A program made the position numbers and the translations under genes. From an uncultured Oscillospiraceae bacterium (GTDB lineage Bacteria > Bacillota > Clostridia > Oscillospirales > Oscillospiraceae): a DNA stretch of 64,000 nt. Where the stretch lies: the NCBI GenBank assembly GCA_905235655.1, contig CAJOMA010000003.1, forward strand, positions 4,067 to 68,066. Direction: 5' to 3'. The notes under the pieces are model-generated. The model was not told the origin of the DNA and did not search any database. It saw only the letters and a list, made by a program, of their open reading frames with translations. Shown here in pieces: positions 54,571 to 64,000 of the stretch (its first letter is position 1; every line of letters starts with the position of its first letter).

Positions 54571-56990
54571 TGCCGGATCCTCGTCTTCGGCTTCGGCTGT
54601 TCGTGCGGCACGCTGACCGGAGGAACGGCCTTCTGCTGCAGCCTGCATTCTCTGTCCTCCTCTGCGGGCAGGATAAGCGCGGCGTCGATCACGGCGTCGG
54701 CATAATCCACAAGGATGAAGTTCAGCGACTTTCTGACCGTCTGGTCGATCTCATCCAAGTCCTTCTCATTTGCGCGCGGAAGGATGACCGTCTTCACGCC
54801 GTGGCGCAGCGCGGCCATGGTTTTCTCCTTCAGACCGCCGATCGGCAGCACGCGACCGCGGATCGAAATTTCGCCGGTCATGGCGATATCGCGACGTACC
54901 GGCGCGCCGGTCAGCGCGGAAACCATCGCCGTGCAGACGGTAATGCCGGCGGACGGGCCGTCCTTCGGAACCGCGCCCTCGGGGAAATGCACATGAATAT
55001 CCTTTGTTTTGTAGAAATCCTGCGGGATATGCAGGCTTTCTGCGCGGGAGCGGATAAAGCTCATCGCCGCCTGGACGGACTCCTTCATCACGTCGCCGAG
55101 ATTGCCGGTCAGATTGAGCTTGCCGGAGCCTTCGGTGACGTTGCATTCGACCTCGAGCGTTTCGCCGCCGACCGCCGTCCACGCAAGTCCCGTGACCAGA
55201 CCGACCGTGTCGGCAGGCGCGAGCTTATCGGGGAGAATCCTGCGCACGCCGAGATAATTCTGCAGCTCCGAGCCATTGACGCGGATGCGTCTAAGCTCCG
55301 GATCGGAAACGAAGCGCATCGCGCATTTTCTGCAAAGCGCTGCAAGCTCGCGTTCGAGATTCCGAACGCCGGATTCTCTCGTGTAGCACTGAATCATCTC
55401 GCGGATCGCGTCGTCTGTCACGGTGACCTGCGACTTTTTGAGTCCGTGCTTCTTGAGCTGCTTCGGCAGCAGGTGCCGCTTTGCGATCATCAGCTTTTCC
55501 TCATCTGTATAGGAATTGAGCTCGATGACCTCCATGCGGTCGAGGAGCGGACGCGGAATCGTATCCGCTGTATTCGCCGTCGTAATGAACATGCAGTCGC
55601 TCAGATCGAACGGGATTTCGAGATAGTTGTCGCGGAAGGCGCTGTTCTGCTCCGCATCCAGCACCTCAAGCAGCGCCGCAGACGGATCGCCTCGGTAGTC
55701 GCTGCCGAGCTTGTCGATCTCGTCGAGCAGCAAAAGCGGATTGGAAGAGCCCGCCTGCTGCAGCGCGGTCAGAATTCTGCCAGGCATCGCGCCGATGTAG
55801 GTTTTTCTGTGCCCGCGAATTTCCGCCTCGTCGTGAATGCCGCCGAGGGAAATGCGCGCAAGCTTTCGATTCAGCGCGCGGGCGACGCTCATGGCAACGG
55901 AGGTCTTGCCGACGCCCGGAGGGCCTACCAGACAGATGATCTGCCCCGGAAGATCCGGCGCAAGCTGCTTGACCGCAAGAATCTCAAGAATGCGCTCCTT
56001 GACCTTCTGCAGACCGAAATGATCCTCGTCCAGAATCTTTCTCGCAGCGCTGACGTCGAGGCGTTCCTTCGTCTTCTTATTCCACGGCAGCTCCAGCGCA
56101 ACGTCCAGATAGTTCCGGATGACGGACGCCTCGGAGGAGCCGTAGGGCTGCTTCGCAAGCCGCTGGACTTCCTTTTCGAGCTTTTCCTCGGCTTCCTTCG
56201 GAAGCTCCGCCTTTGCGATCTTCTCTCTGTATTCCTCCAATTCGGCCTCGTCGTCGTTTTCGCCGAGCTCCGAACGGATGACCTTCATCTGCTCGCGCAG
56301 GAAATAGTCGCGCTGTCCCTTGTCAATGCTCTGCTGTGTCTCGTCCTGCAGATGATTCTCCATCTCAAGTACGTCAAGCTCCCGCGAAAGAAGCTTAATC
56401 GTCGTTTCCAGACGGTGGACGGGATGCAGCTGCTTGAGCACGGTCATTTTGTCGGCGTAGCCGAAGGTCGCCGCCTGCGCAATCAGGTCGGCGATCAGGC
56501 CGGGCTCCTGCGTTGCCAGTATCCGCAGCATATACTCCTGCACCGGCCGCTGCGACAGCTCGGTGAACTCTTCAAAAAGTTGGATCGCCTGCCGTTTCAG
56601 CGCTTCGATCTTCGTCGTTCCGGCGACGTAATCCAGATCGGGGACGGATTCGGTGCGGGCAAGCAGATACGGGGTTTTCTGGACTGCCTCTGTGATTCTG
56701 GCGCGGTATTCGCCGAACACCAGCACGCGCACGGAATCGCCGGGCATTTTCAGCACCTGCCGCACATGGGCGACCGTGCCGATCGAATACAAATCCATAA
56801 AGCCCGGATCGTCCTGCAGAATATCCTTCTGCGTAATTAACAGAATCCGCTGATCGCCTGCCATCGCCTTATCCAGCGCGCGGACGGACTTCTCCCTGCC
56901 GACGTCGAAATGCGTCGTCGTCTGGGGAAACGCCGTCAAACCGCGCAGGGCAAGCACCGGCATGCGCTCGGAAATAATAATCTCGTTCAT
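54567..56990 (-). CDS. lon: Lon protease
   Basis: GPPGVGKT, LLDEIDK, PKDGPSAG and IGGLKEK motifs. Confidence 0.96.
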   Translation of the reverse strand: MNEIIISERMPVLALRGLTAFPQTTTHFDVGREKSVRALDKAMAGDQRILLITQKDILQDDPGFMDLYSIGTVAHVRQVLKMPGDSVRVLVFGEYRARITEAVQKTPYLLARTESVPDLDYVAGTTKIEALKRQAIQLFEEFTELSQRPVQEYMLRILATQEPGLIADLIAQAATFGYADKMTVLKQLHPVHRLETTIKLLSRELDVLEMENHLQDETQQSIDKGQRDYFLREQMKVIRSELGENDDEAELEEYREKIAKAELPKEAEEKLEKEVQRLAKQPYGSSEASVIRNYLDVALELPWNKKTKERLDVSAARKILDEDHFGLQKVKERILEILAVKQLAPDLPGQIICLVGPPGVGKTSVAMSVARALNRKLARISLGGIHDEAEIRGHRKTYIGAMPGRILTALQQAGSSNPLLLLDEIDKLGSDYRGDPSAALLEVLDAEQNSAFRDNYLEIPFDLSDCMFITTANTADTIPRPLLDRMEVIELNSYTDEEKLMIAKRHLLPKQLKKHGLKKSQVTVTDDAIREMIQCYTRESGVRNLERELAALCRKCAMRFVSDPELRRIRVNGSELQNYLGVRRILPDKLAPADTVGLVTGLAWTAVGGETLEVECNVTEGSGKLNLTGNLGDVMKESVQAAMSFIRSRAESLHIPQDFYKTKDIHVHFPEGAVPKDGPSAGITVCTAMVSALTGAPVRRDIAMTGEISIRGRVLPIGGLKEKTMAALRHGVKTVILPRANEKDLDEIDQTVRKSLNFILVDYADAVIDAALILPAEEDRECRLQQKAVPPVSVPHEQPKPKTRIRQ

Positions 56991-57020
56991 ATAGTCTCCT
57001 TTCGCGGGGTGCAGAAACAA

Positions 57021-57052
57021 GAAAAGGGGGCAAATATCAATTGCTCCCCCTT
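57021..57052 (-). terminator. Possible terminator between clpX and lon
   Basis: aagggggcaa / ttgctccccctt stem with one bulge and T-rich tail on the minus strand. Confidence 0.5.
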
Positions 57053-57057
57053 ACCTG

Positions 57058-58299
<1,242 letters not shown>

Positions 58300-58315
58300 A
58301 ACAATCTCCCCTTAA

Positions 58316-58897
58316 TTATCTCTGATAGATCACCTGATCGACCAGACCGTATTCCTTTGCCTCCTCGGCGGAGAGGAAGTGATCGCGCTCGCAGTCGGCG
58401 GCGACCTGTTCATACGGCTTGCCCGTATTTTCAGCAAGGATTTCATTCAAGCGCTTCTTGATCTGAGCAATGCGCTGCGCGTGAATCTGGATATCGGTGA
58501 CCTGACCCTGCGCGCCGCCGGAGGGCTGGTGGATCATGATCTCGGCATTCGGAAGCGCATAGCGCTTGCCCTTCGTGCCGGAGGACAGCAGAAACGCGCC
58601 CATGGACGCCGCCATACCCACGCAGATCGTCGAAACGTCGCACTTGATATACTTCATCGTGTCGTAGATCGCCATGCCGGCGGTCACACTGCCGCCGGGG
58701 CTGTTGATGTAGAACTGGATATCCTTGTCGGGGTCCTGCGCCTCCAGATACAGAAGCTGCGCGACGACGAGGCTCGCCGTGGTATCGTTGACCTCCTCCG
58801 ACAGGAAGATGATGCGGTCGTTCAGCAGGCGGGAGAAAATGTCATACGAACGCTCGCCGCGGCTGGTTTGTTCAACAACATAAGGTACTAAGCTCAT
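58316..58897 (-). CDS. clpP: ATP-dependent Clp protease proteolytic subunit
   Basis: [21 protein letters not shown] and MIHQP motifs. Confidence 0.96.
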   Translation of the reverse strand: MSLVPYVVEQTSRGERSYDIFSRLLNDRIIFLSEEVNDTTASLVVAQLLYLEAQDPDKDIQFYINSPGGSVTAGMAIYDTMKYIKCDVSTICVGMAASMGAFLLSSGTKGKRYALPNAEIMIHQPSGGAQGQVTDIQIHAQRIAQIKKRLNEILAENTGKPYEQVAADCERDHFLSAEEAKEYGLVDQVIYQR

Positions 58898-58942
58898 AGC
58901 AATGCTCCTTTCTCGAAACATTCTAACCGTTCCGAAAGAGGA

Positions 58943-60250
58943 TTATTCCTCTTCCTTCTTCTCCTCGGCCTTGGGCGCGACGGCGACCGCGCTGTCCGCG
59001 ATCAGCTTCGCAGCCTTGCGAACCTGCAGGTCTCCCTCCATGCCCTTGCGGTCAAGGATTTCCTTGATCTTTTCCACGTCCATCTTATAGGACTCCGCCA
59101 GTTTCGTATACTCTTCTTCACATTCCTCGTCGGTGACCTCGAGCTTTTCCGCGTCGACGACGGCGTCGAGCAGGACGTTGGTCTTCACTGCGTTCAGCGC
59201 GCCCGAACGGAGACTGTTCTTGATGTTTTCCATCGTGCCGCCCATCATCTGCGCGTAGGCTTCCAGAGAAGCGCCCTGCGAACGAAGCTCATAGTCCATG
59301 CGCTCCATTTCGCGTTCAAGCTCTTCTTCGACCATGCTGTCGGGGATCTCGACGGTCATGTTGGCGACTGCCTTCTCGATCGCGGCGTTCTCAAACGCGC
59401 GGTCGATCCCCGCCTGCTTTTCGGTGCGGATGCGGTTTTCGATGTCGGCGCGAAGCTCCGCCATGGTGTCGAATTCGGAAACGTCCTTCACAAACTCGTC
59501 GTCCTTCTCGGGAACGGCGGTCTCCTTGACCTCATGGAGCTTTACCTTAAAGACGACAGGCGCGCCCTTGAGCTCCTCGGCGTGGTAGTTTTCCGGGAAG
59601 GTCACATTGATGTCCTTCTCCTCGCCCGCGCTCATGCCGACGACCTGCTCCTCAAAGCCGGGGATGAAGCTGCCGGAGCCGAGCTTCAGCTCGTAGCTTT
59701 CGCCCTTGCCGCCCTCGAACGCGACGCCGTCCTTGAAGCCCTCAAAGTCGATCACGGCGGTATCGCCGTCCTGCGCCGGACGGTCGACTGTGGTGATACG
59801 GGCGACGTTCTGCGCCATACGGTCGATCTCCGCGTCGATCTCGGATTCGGCGACCTCCGCGTCAGCCTTCTCGACCTCAAGTCCCTTGTACTGGCCGAGG
59901 GTGACCTCAGGGTACAGATCAGTCTCGATGGTCAGCGTGACGGAATCGTCGTCGTTGATGACCAGGGCGGAAACGCTCGGACGGCCGACGGGCTTGATTT
60001 CCTGCGTGAGCACGCATTCCTTATAGATTTCAGAGAACAGCTCCTCGATCGCGTCCTCAAAGAAGACGTGCTTGCCGTAAGCGGCCTCGATGACCATGCG
60101 CGGCGCCTTGCCCTTGCGGAAGCCGGGGATGGAGATGTCCTTACGGATTTTCAGATAGACCTTGTTGATCGCCGGCTCCAGCTCCGTGCGGCTGACGAGC
60201 GCGGTCACCTTTGCGTGGACGGCTTCTTTTTCTACGTTTTTAACGTTCAT
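58943..60250 (-). CDS. tig: Trigger factor
   Basis: IPGFRKGKAP signature; FKBP domain IDFEG..FIPGFEE. Confidence 0.95.
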   Translation of the reverse strand: MNVKNVEKEAVHAKVTALVSRTELEPAINKVYLKIRKDISIPGFRKGKAPRMVIEAAYGKHVFFEDAIEELFSEIYKECVLTQEIKPVGRPSVSALVINDDDSVTLTIETDLYPEVTLGQYKGLEVEKADAEVAESEIDAEIDRMAQNVARITTVDRPAQDGDTAVIDFEGFKDGVAFEGGKGESYELKLGSGSFIPGFEEQVVGMSAGEEKDINVTFPENYHAEELKGAPVVFKVKLHEVKETAVPEKDDEFVKDVSEFDTMAELRADIENRIRTEKQAGIDRAFENAAIEKAVANMTVEIPDSMVEEELEREMERMDYELRSQGASLEAYAQMMGGTMENIKNSLRSGALNAVKTNVLLDAVVDAEKLEVTDEECEEEYTKLAESYKMDVEKIKEILDRKGMEGDLQVRKAAKLIADSAVAVAPKAEEKKEEE

Positions 60251-60307
60251 GGTTGGTATCCTCCTGTGTGTTGCGCCAAGCTGCGCACTATTACATATAG
60301 CCGAAAT

Positions 60308-60336
60308 ATTTTAACAGATAATTGCGCATATTTCAA
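60308..60336 (-). promoter_or_regulatory. sigma-A promoter of tig
   Basis: TTGAAA-N17-TAAAAT with extended TG. Confidence 0.65.
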
Positions 60337-60346
60337 CTGTTTTTTA

Positions 60347-61036
60347 CTATTTCAGCCGAACCGGTCTGAATTTGAGGAAATCTGCAGCGCAAAGACGGAA
60401 GTTGACCCCGTCATAACTTCCCTCGATCGCGAGCTTGTGGCTGTCGCCGTGCAGATGTCCGTAGCAGCATTCCTTCACCCCGTATTTTTTGAGCAGCGCG
60501 AGAATTTCAGGGCATTCATAGCCGCGGTAGCGCGGCGGATAATGCAGGAAACAGAAGATTTCCTCACGTTCCGCTGCCTGCAGGGACGTTTCCAGACGGA
60601 TCAGCTCCCGCTTGAACACCTTGTCGTTATGACTTCCTGCTTCTGCTTCCTCCTCAAAGAACCAGCCACGCGTTCCGCAGATTGCAATATCTTCGTAGAC
60701 ATAGGCGTTGTTGTTCAAAATGTACATGTCGGAAAAACCGTGTTCCGTGCAGAATTTATAAAATTTCGTCGCGGTTGTCCACCAGAAGTCGTGATTTCCC
60801 TTGAGGATGATCTTTCTGCCGGGAATGGAGTTGATAAAGGAAAAATCCTCCGCCGCGCCTTCCATATCGAGCGCCCACGAAAGATCGCCGAGCAGAACCG
60901 TCGTATCCTCCGGCTGAATGACGGACAGCCCTTCGCGCAGCTTGTCGACATAATTGTTCCACGCGCCGCCGAATACGTCCATCGGCTTATCCGAGCCGAA
61001 GGACAAATGCAGATCGCCGATCGCATAAAGCGCCAT
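60347..61036 (-). CDS. Calcineurin-like metallophosphoesterase
   Basis: GDLH, GDLSW, GNHD, HYPP and GHLH motifs. Confidence 0.9.
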   Translation of the reverse strand: MALYAIGDLHLSFGSDKPMDVFGGAWNNYVDKLREGLSVIQPEDTTVLLGDLSWALDMEGAAEDFSFINSIPGRKIILKGNHDFWWTTATKFYKFCTEHGFSDMYILNNNAYVYEDIAICGTRGWFFEEEAEAGSHNDKVFKRELIRLETSLQAAEREEIFCFLHYPPRYRGYECPEILALLKKYGVKECCYGHLHGDSHKLAIEGSYDGVNFRLCAADFLKFRPVRLK

Positions 61037-61051
61037 CCGTCTTCCCCCCTT

Positions 61052-61978
61052 TCAGAACAAACGGCATAAATTGTCATAAAAAATGCAATTCAGCAGAGTT
61101 TCGGAATATCCGCAGTTCTGCAGATATTCATAAAATTTTGAGTAATCAGATAAATCGTGAAAGCCCTGTGGCAGCAGATCACATCCGTCCATATCGCCGC
61201 CGAGGGCGACGTGCGTTTCCCCGCAGAGCGTCATCATGCGCTCTAAATGCGCCCGCATCGTGCCGAAATCAGCGTTATCTCCCAAAAACGGCTGATAGAG
61301 ATTCAAACCCACCGTGCCGCCGGTGTCCGCGATTGCGCGGAGCTGATCGTCCGTCAGATTGCGGGTATGATTGCAGAGCGCGCGGCAATTGGAGTGGCTT
61401 GCGAGGATCGGCTTCCTTGTAACATCGACAACGTCCCAAAAAGAGGACTCTGAGATATGGCTGACGTCGATCAAAATGTTGTTTTCCTGCGCCGCCTTGA
61501 CAAAAGCCCTGCCACGATCCGTCAAGCTCCTGTTACCGCTGTGACAGCCTGCCAGCGCGTTGTCCGAGTTCCACGTCAGCGTGGACATGCAGAAGCCGTC
61601 CGCGCGAAGCTGCGGCAGGCGTTCCGGATCGCAGCCGATGACCTCCGGTCCTTCAATGGAAAGCAGCGCAGCAACCTTCCCCTGCGCATTCTCTTTCGTG
61701 ATATCAGCGGCGGTTGCGGCGAAGGCGACGCACTCGCTGTTCTTCTCCACTTCCTCGCGCAGAAGCCGCAGCGGAACCGTCAGATACTCCTCCTGCGTGC
61801 CGGGCAATCGATCCGGCATGCCGGCGTAGCTGCAAAAAGCAAACACCTGCGCATAAGCGTGAAACGCACGCGCTTTCACGAGATCGACATGGCAGGTGTT
61901 TTGCAGCAGGGGCTGATTTTCAGTCCACAGCATGTACGCAGTATCGCAGTGTCCGTCGAATAAACGAAGCTTACTCAA
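61052..61978 (-). CDS. Membrane dipeptidase family (M19) metallopeptidase
   Basis: DGHCD, SIEG, LTWN, DVSH, SHSN and GGDMDG motifs; TTG start inferred. Confidence 0.85.
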   Translation of the reverse strand: MSKLRLFDGHCDTAYMLWTENQPLLQNTCHVDLVKARAFHAYAQVFAFCSYAGMPDRLPGTQEEYLTVPLRLLREEVEKNSECVAFAATAADITKENAQGKVAALLSIEGPEVIGCDPERLPQLRADGFCMSTLTWNSDNALAGCHSGNRSLTDRGRAFVKAAQENNILIDVSHISESSFWDVVDVTRKPILASHSNCRALCNHTRNLTDDQLRAIADTGGTVGLNLYQPFLGDNADFGTMRAHLERMMTLCGETHVALGGDMDGCDLLPQGFHDLSDYSKFYEYLQNCGYSETLLNCIFYDNLCRLF

Positions 61979-62336
61979 AGGCGTCCTCCCAATGCTTGAT
62001 TTCCGGACGCTTGGTATCCATGCCGTCCGGCGCATAGATCTCGATCACGTCAAATCGCGGCTGTTTCGAGGCTTCCTCGTTCTGCGACAGATAGATCGCG
62101 GCGGTCTGCTTTAAGCGTTCCTGCTTTCTGCGGTCGACGAATTCCATTGCCTGCCCGAAGTCCGCATTCTTGCGGAGCTTCACTTCCACAAACACAAGAA
62201 ACCGCCGGTTCTCCGCGATCAGGTCAATCTCGCCGAAGCGGGAGCGGTAATTCGCCGCCGTGATCATATAACGTTTCTTTCGCAGGTAGTCTGCCGCGAG
62301 GCTTTCGCCCCAGCGACCCAAATAATCACGCGCCAT
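61971..62336 (-). CDS. YraN/UPF0102 family endonuclease
   Basis: GRWGESLA, GEIDLIA, VFVEVK and RFDVIEI motifs. Confidence 0.9.
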   Translation of the reverse strand: MARDYLGRWGESLAADYLRKKRYMITAANYRSRFGEIDLIAENRRFLVFVEVKLRKNADFGQAMEFVDRRKQERLKQTAAIYLSQNEEASKQPRFDVIEIYAPDGMDTKRPEIKHWEDAFE

Positions 62337-62934
62337 AGAGCTTCTTGAGGAAGGTCATGCGGTGGATCGGGCAAGGTCCGTATTCGCGCAGCGCGGCGTA
62401 ATGCGCCTGCGTGCCGTAGCCCTTATGTACCGCAAAGCCGTACTGCGGATAGCGCGCATCCTGCTCTTCCATGAAGCGGTCACGCGTGACCTTCGCAAGG
62501 ATCGACGCCGCGGCGATGTTCGCGCTCAAGCTGTCGCCCTTGATGATCGTCTCTACGGGAATATCCCCGAAATCCGGCTCGCGGTTGCCGTCCACCAGCG
62601 CAAGGGCAGGCTTTACGGAAAGCTGCTCCACCGCCTGCCGCATGGCGAGGAAGGTCGCCTGCAGGATATTAATCTCGTCAATCGTCTTTTCATCGACCAT
62701 GGCGATGCCAAAGGCAATCGCCCGATCCGTAATCACGTCATACAGCGCGCGGCGGCGTTTGTCGGAAAGCTTTTTGGAGTCGTTCAGTCCCTCGATCTCC
62801 AAGTCGCGCGGCAGAATAACGGCGGCGGCGCAGACCGGTCCTGCCAAGGGGCCTCTGCCCGCCTCGTCGACGCCGCAGATCAGGTCAAAGCCCTTTGCAA
62901 AGGCGGCGTGCTCATACTTCCAAAGCTCACTCAT
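62326..62934 (-). CDS. rnhB: Ribonuclease HII
   Basis: GVDEAGRGPLAGPV, DSKKL, LVDGN and HKGYGT motifs. Confidence 0.95.
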   Translation of the reverse strand: MSELWKYEHAAFAKGFDLICGVDEAGRGPLAGPVCAAAVILPRDLEIEGLNDSKKLSDKRRRALYDVITDRAIAFGIAMVDEKTIDEINILQATFLAMRQAVEQLSVKPALALVDGNREPDFGDIPVETIIKGDSLSANIAAASILAKVTRDRFMEEQDARYPQYGFAVHKGYGTQAHYAALREYGPCPIHRMTFLKKLYGA

Positions 62935-63794
62935 GTTTCAGGCTCCTCTAACGTAAATCGTCCGATTTTGCAGCTCCGGTATTCCTCCAAAAGCACTCTT
63001 GCCATGCGCTCCGTGTCGATTTCCCCGCGCGCAAGAAGAAAACCGCGTCTTCTGCCGGCTTCCACCAGCAGCTCGTAGCCCTTCGCGTCCTCCGGCAGGT
63101 CGATATTATAGCGTTCGCGCAGCGCGTCCGGATAGCGTTTCCAAAGCAGGGCGATCAGATTGCAGGCAAGCGCCTCCATATCGAGGATGTCGTCCTTGAC
63201 CGCGCCGGTGTAGGCAAGCCGTCTGCCGACCTCTTCGTCGTCGAATTTCGGCCAGAGAATGCCGGGCGTATCCAGAAGCAGCAGGCCGTTATCCACCGTG
63301 ATCCACTGCGTTCCCCGGGTTACGCCGGGGCGGTTTTCCGCCTTTGCGCCCTTGCGGCCGGAAATCTGATTGATAAAGGTCGATTTGCCGACGTTCGGAA
63401 TGCCGACGATCATCAGCTTGAGCGGCTTATTGACAAAGCCGCGCTCCTGATATCGCCGCAGCTTTTCGGAAAGCAGCTCGCGTACCGCCGGGATAAAGCG
63501 GTCGATCCCCTTGCGGCTCTTGCAGTCCGTTTTCAGAACGCAATCGCCCTTGCTCTTAAAATACTCGCTCCACCGCGCAGTCGCGGCAGGATCGGCAAGG
63601 TCGATCCGATTCAGGATCACCATGCGCGGCTTTTTGCCGCAGATCGCGTCGATATCCGGATTGCGGCTCGCCATCGGGATGCGCGCGTCTAAAAGCTCGC
63701 AGACGGCGTCCACCAGCTTGAGATCCTCCTCCATCCGGCGGCGCGTTTTTGTCATGTGTCCCGGATACCATTGGATATTCATTTTATCGTCCAT
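62931..63794 (-). CDS. rbgA: Ribosome biogenesis GTPase RbgA/YlqF
   Basis: QWYPGHM, LDARIP, GIPNVGKST and LDTPGILWP motifs. Confidence 0.95.
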   Translation of the reverse strand: MDDKMNIQWYPGHMTKTRRRMEEDLKLVDAVCELLDARIPMASRNPDIDAICGKKPRMVILNRIDLADPAATARWSEYFKSKGDCVLKTDCKSRKGIDRFIPAVRELLSEKLRRYQERGFVNKPLKLMIVGIPNVGKSTFINQISGRKGAKAENRPGVTRGTQWITVDNGLLLLDTPGILWPKFDDEEVGRRLAYTGAVKDDILDMEALACNLIALLWKRYPDALRERYNIDLPEDAKGYELLVEAGRRRGFLLARGEIDTERMARVLLEEYRSCKIGRFTLEEPET

Positions 63795-64000
63795 TATGAC
63801 ACCGATCCGATCCGTCCGAAATTACGAGAACCGGTTCCGTCTTCTCCCGGCAGGACGATCATCAGCACCTTGCCGAGCACCTGATTCAGCTTGATCTGTC
63901 CGATCTCCGCATAGCGGCTGTCGGCGGAGTTGTTGCGGTTATCGCCCATCACGAAAACGCAGTCCTTGTCAACCGTGACAACCATCGGCACGGTATATCT
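63794..64000 (-). CDS. lepB: Signal peptidase I (3' part only)
   Basis: VFVMGDNRNNSADSR motif; frame open to window edge; lepB-rbgA-rnhB synteny. Confidence 0.88.
   Translation of the reverse strand, partial: RYTVPMVVTVDKDCVFVMGDNRNNSADSRYAEIGQIKLNQVLGKVLMIVLPGEDGTGSRNFGRIGSVS

Overview
A 64-kb core-chromosome window from an anaerobic, spore-forming Clostridia member (gene content suggests an Oscillospiraceae/Ruminococcaceae-like gut organism; coding DNA about 60% GC in hand-counted samples). Almost all genes are housekeeping or sporulation genes: rplU-prp-rpmA-obgE, nfnAB, nrdG-nrdD-trxB, spoIIIAA-AH to nusB-xseAB-ispA-sigK, tepA-ftsK, htpG, scpAB-dacB-rluB-cmk-plsC-ispH/rpsA, tig-clpP-clpX-lon-engB and lepB-rbgA-rnhB-yraN. 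I saw no tRNA, rRNA, CRISPR array, prophage or transposase. The two strongest signals are non-coding. (1) Two copies of a 240-250 bp element with terminal inverted repeats each sit between duplicated copies of an intrinsic terminator, and a 13-bp stem in them shows 5 fully compensated base-pair changes. (2) A T-box riboswitch with a Phe (UUC) specifier controls an acyl-CoA ligase-iorAB-paaK-ACT operon, which implies Phe synthesis from phenylacetate. Protein-level oddities are a UppP/BacA homolog lacking its catalytic residues, an ABC-F with one degenerate composite ATP site, a class III RNR fused to a CxxC redoxin next to trxB, a TsaD paralog in the spoIIIA-nusB cluster, and a 1-bp frameshift in spoIIIAB. 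All calls come from motif recognition without database searches.
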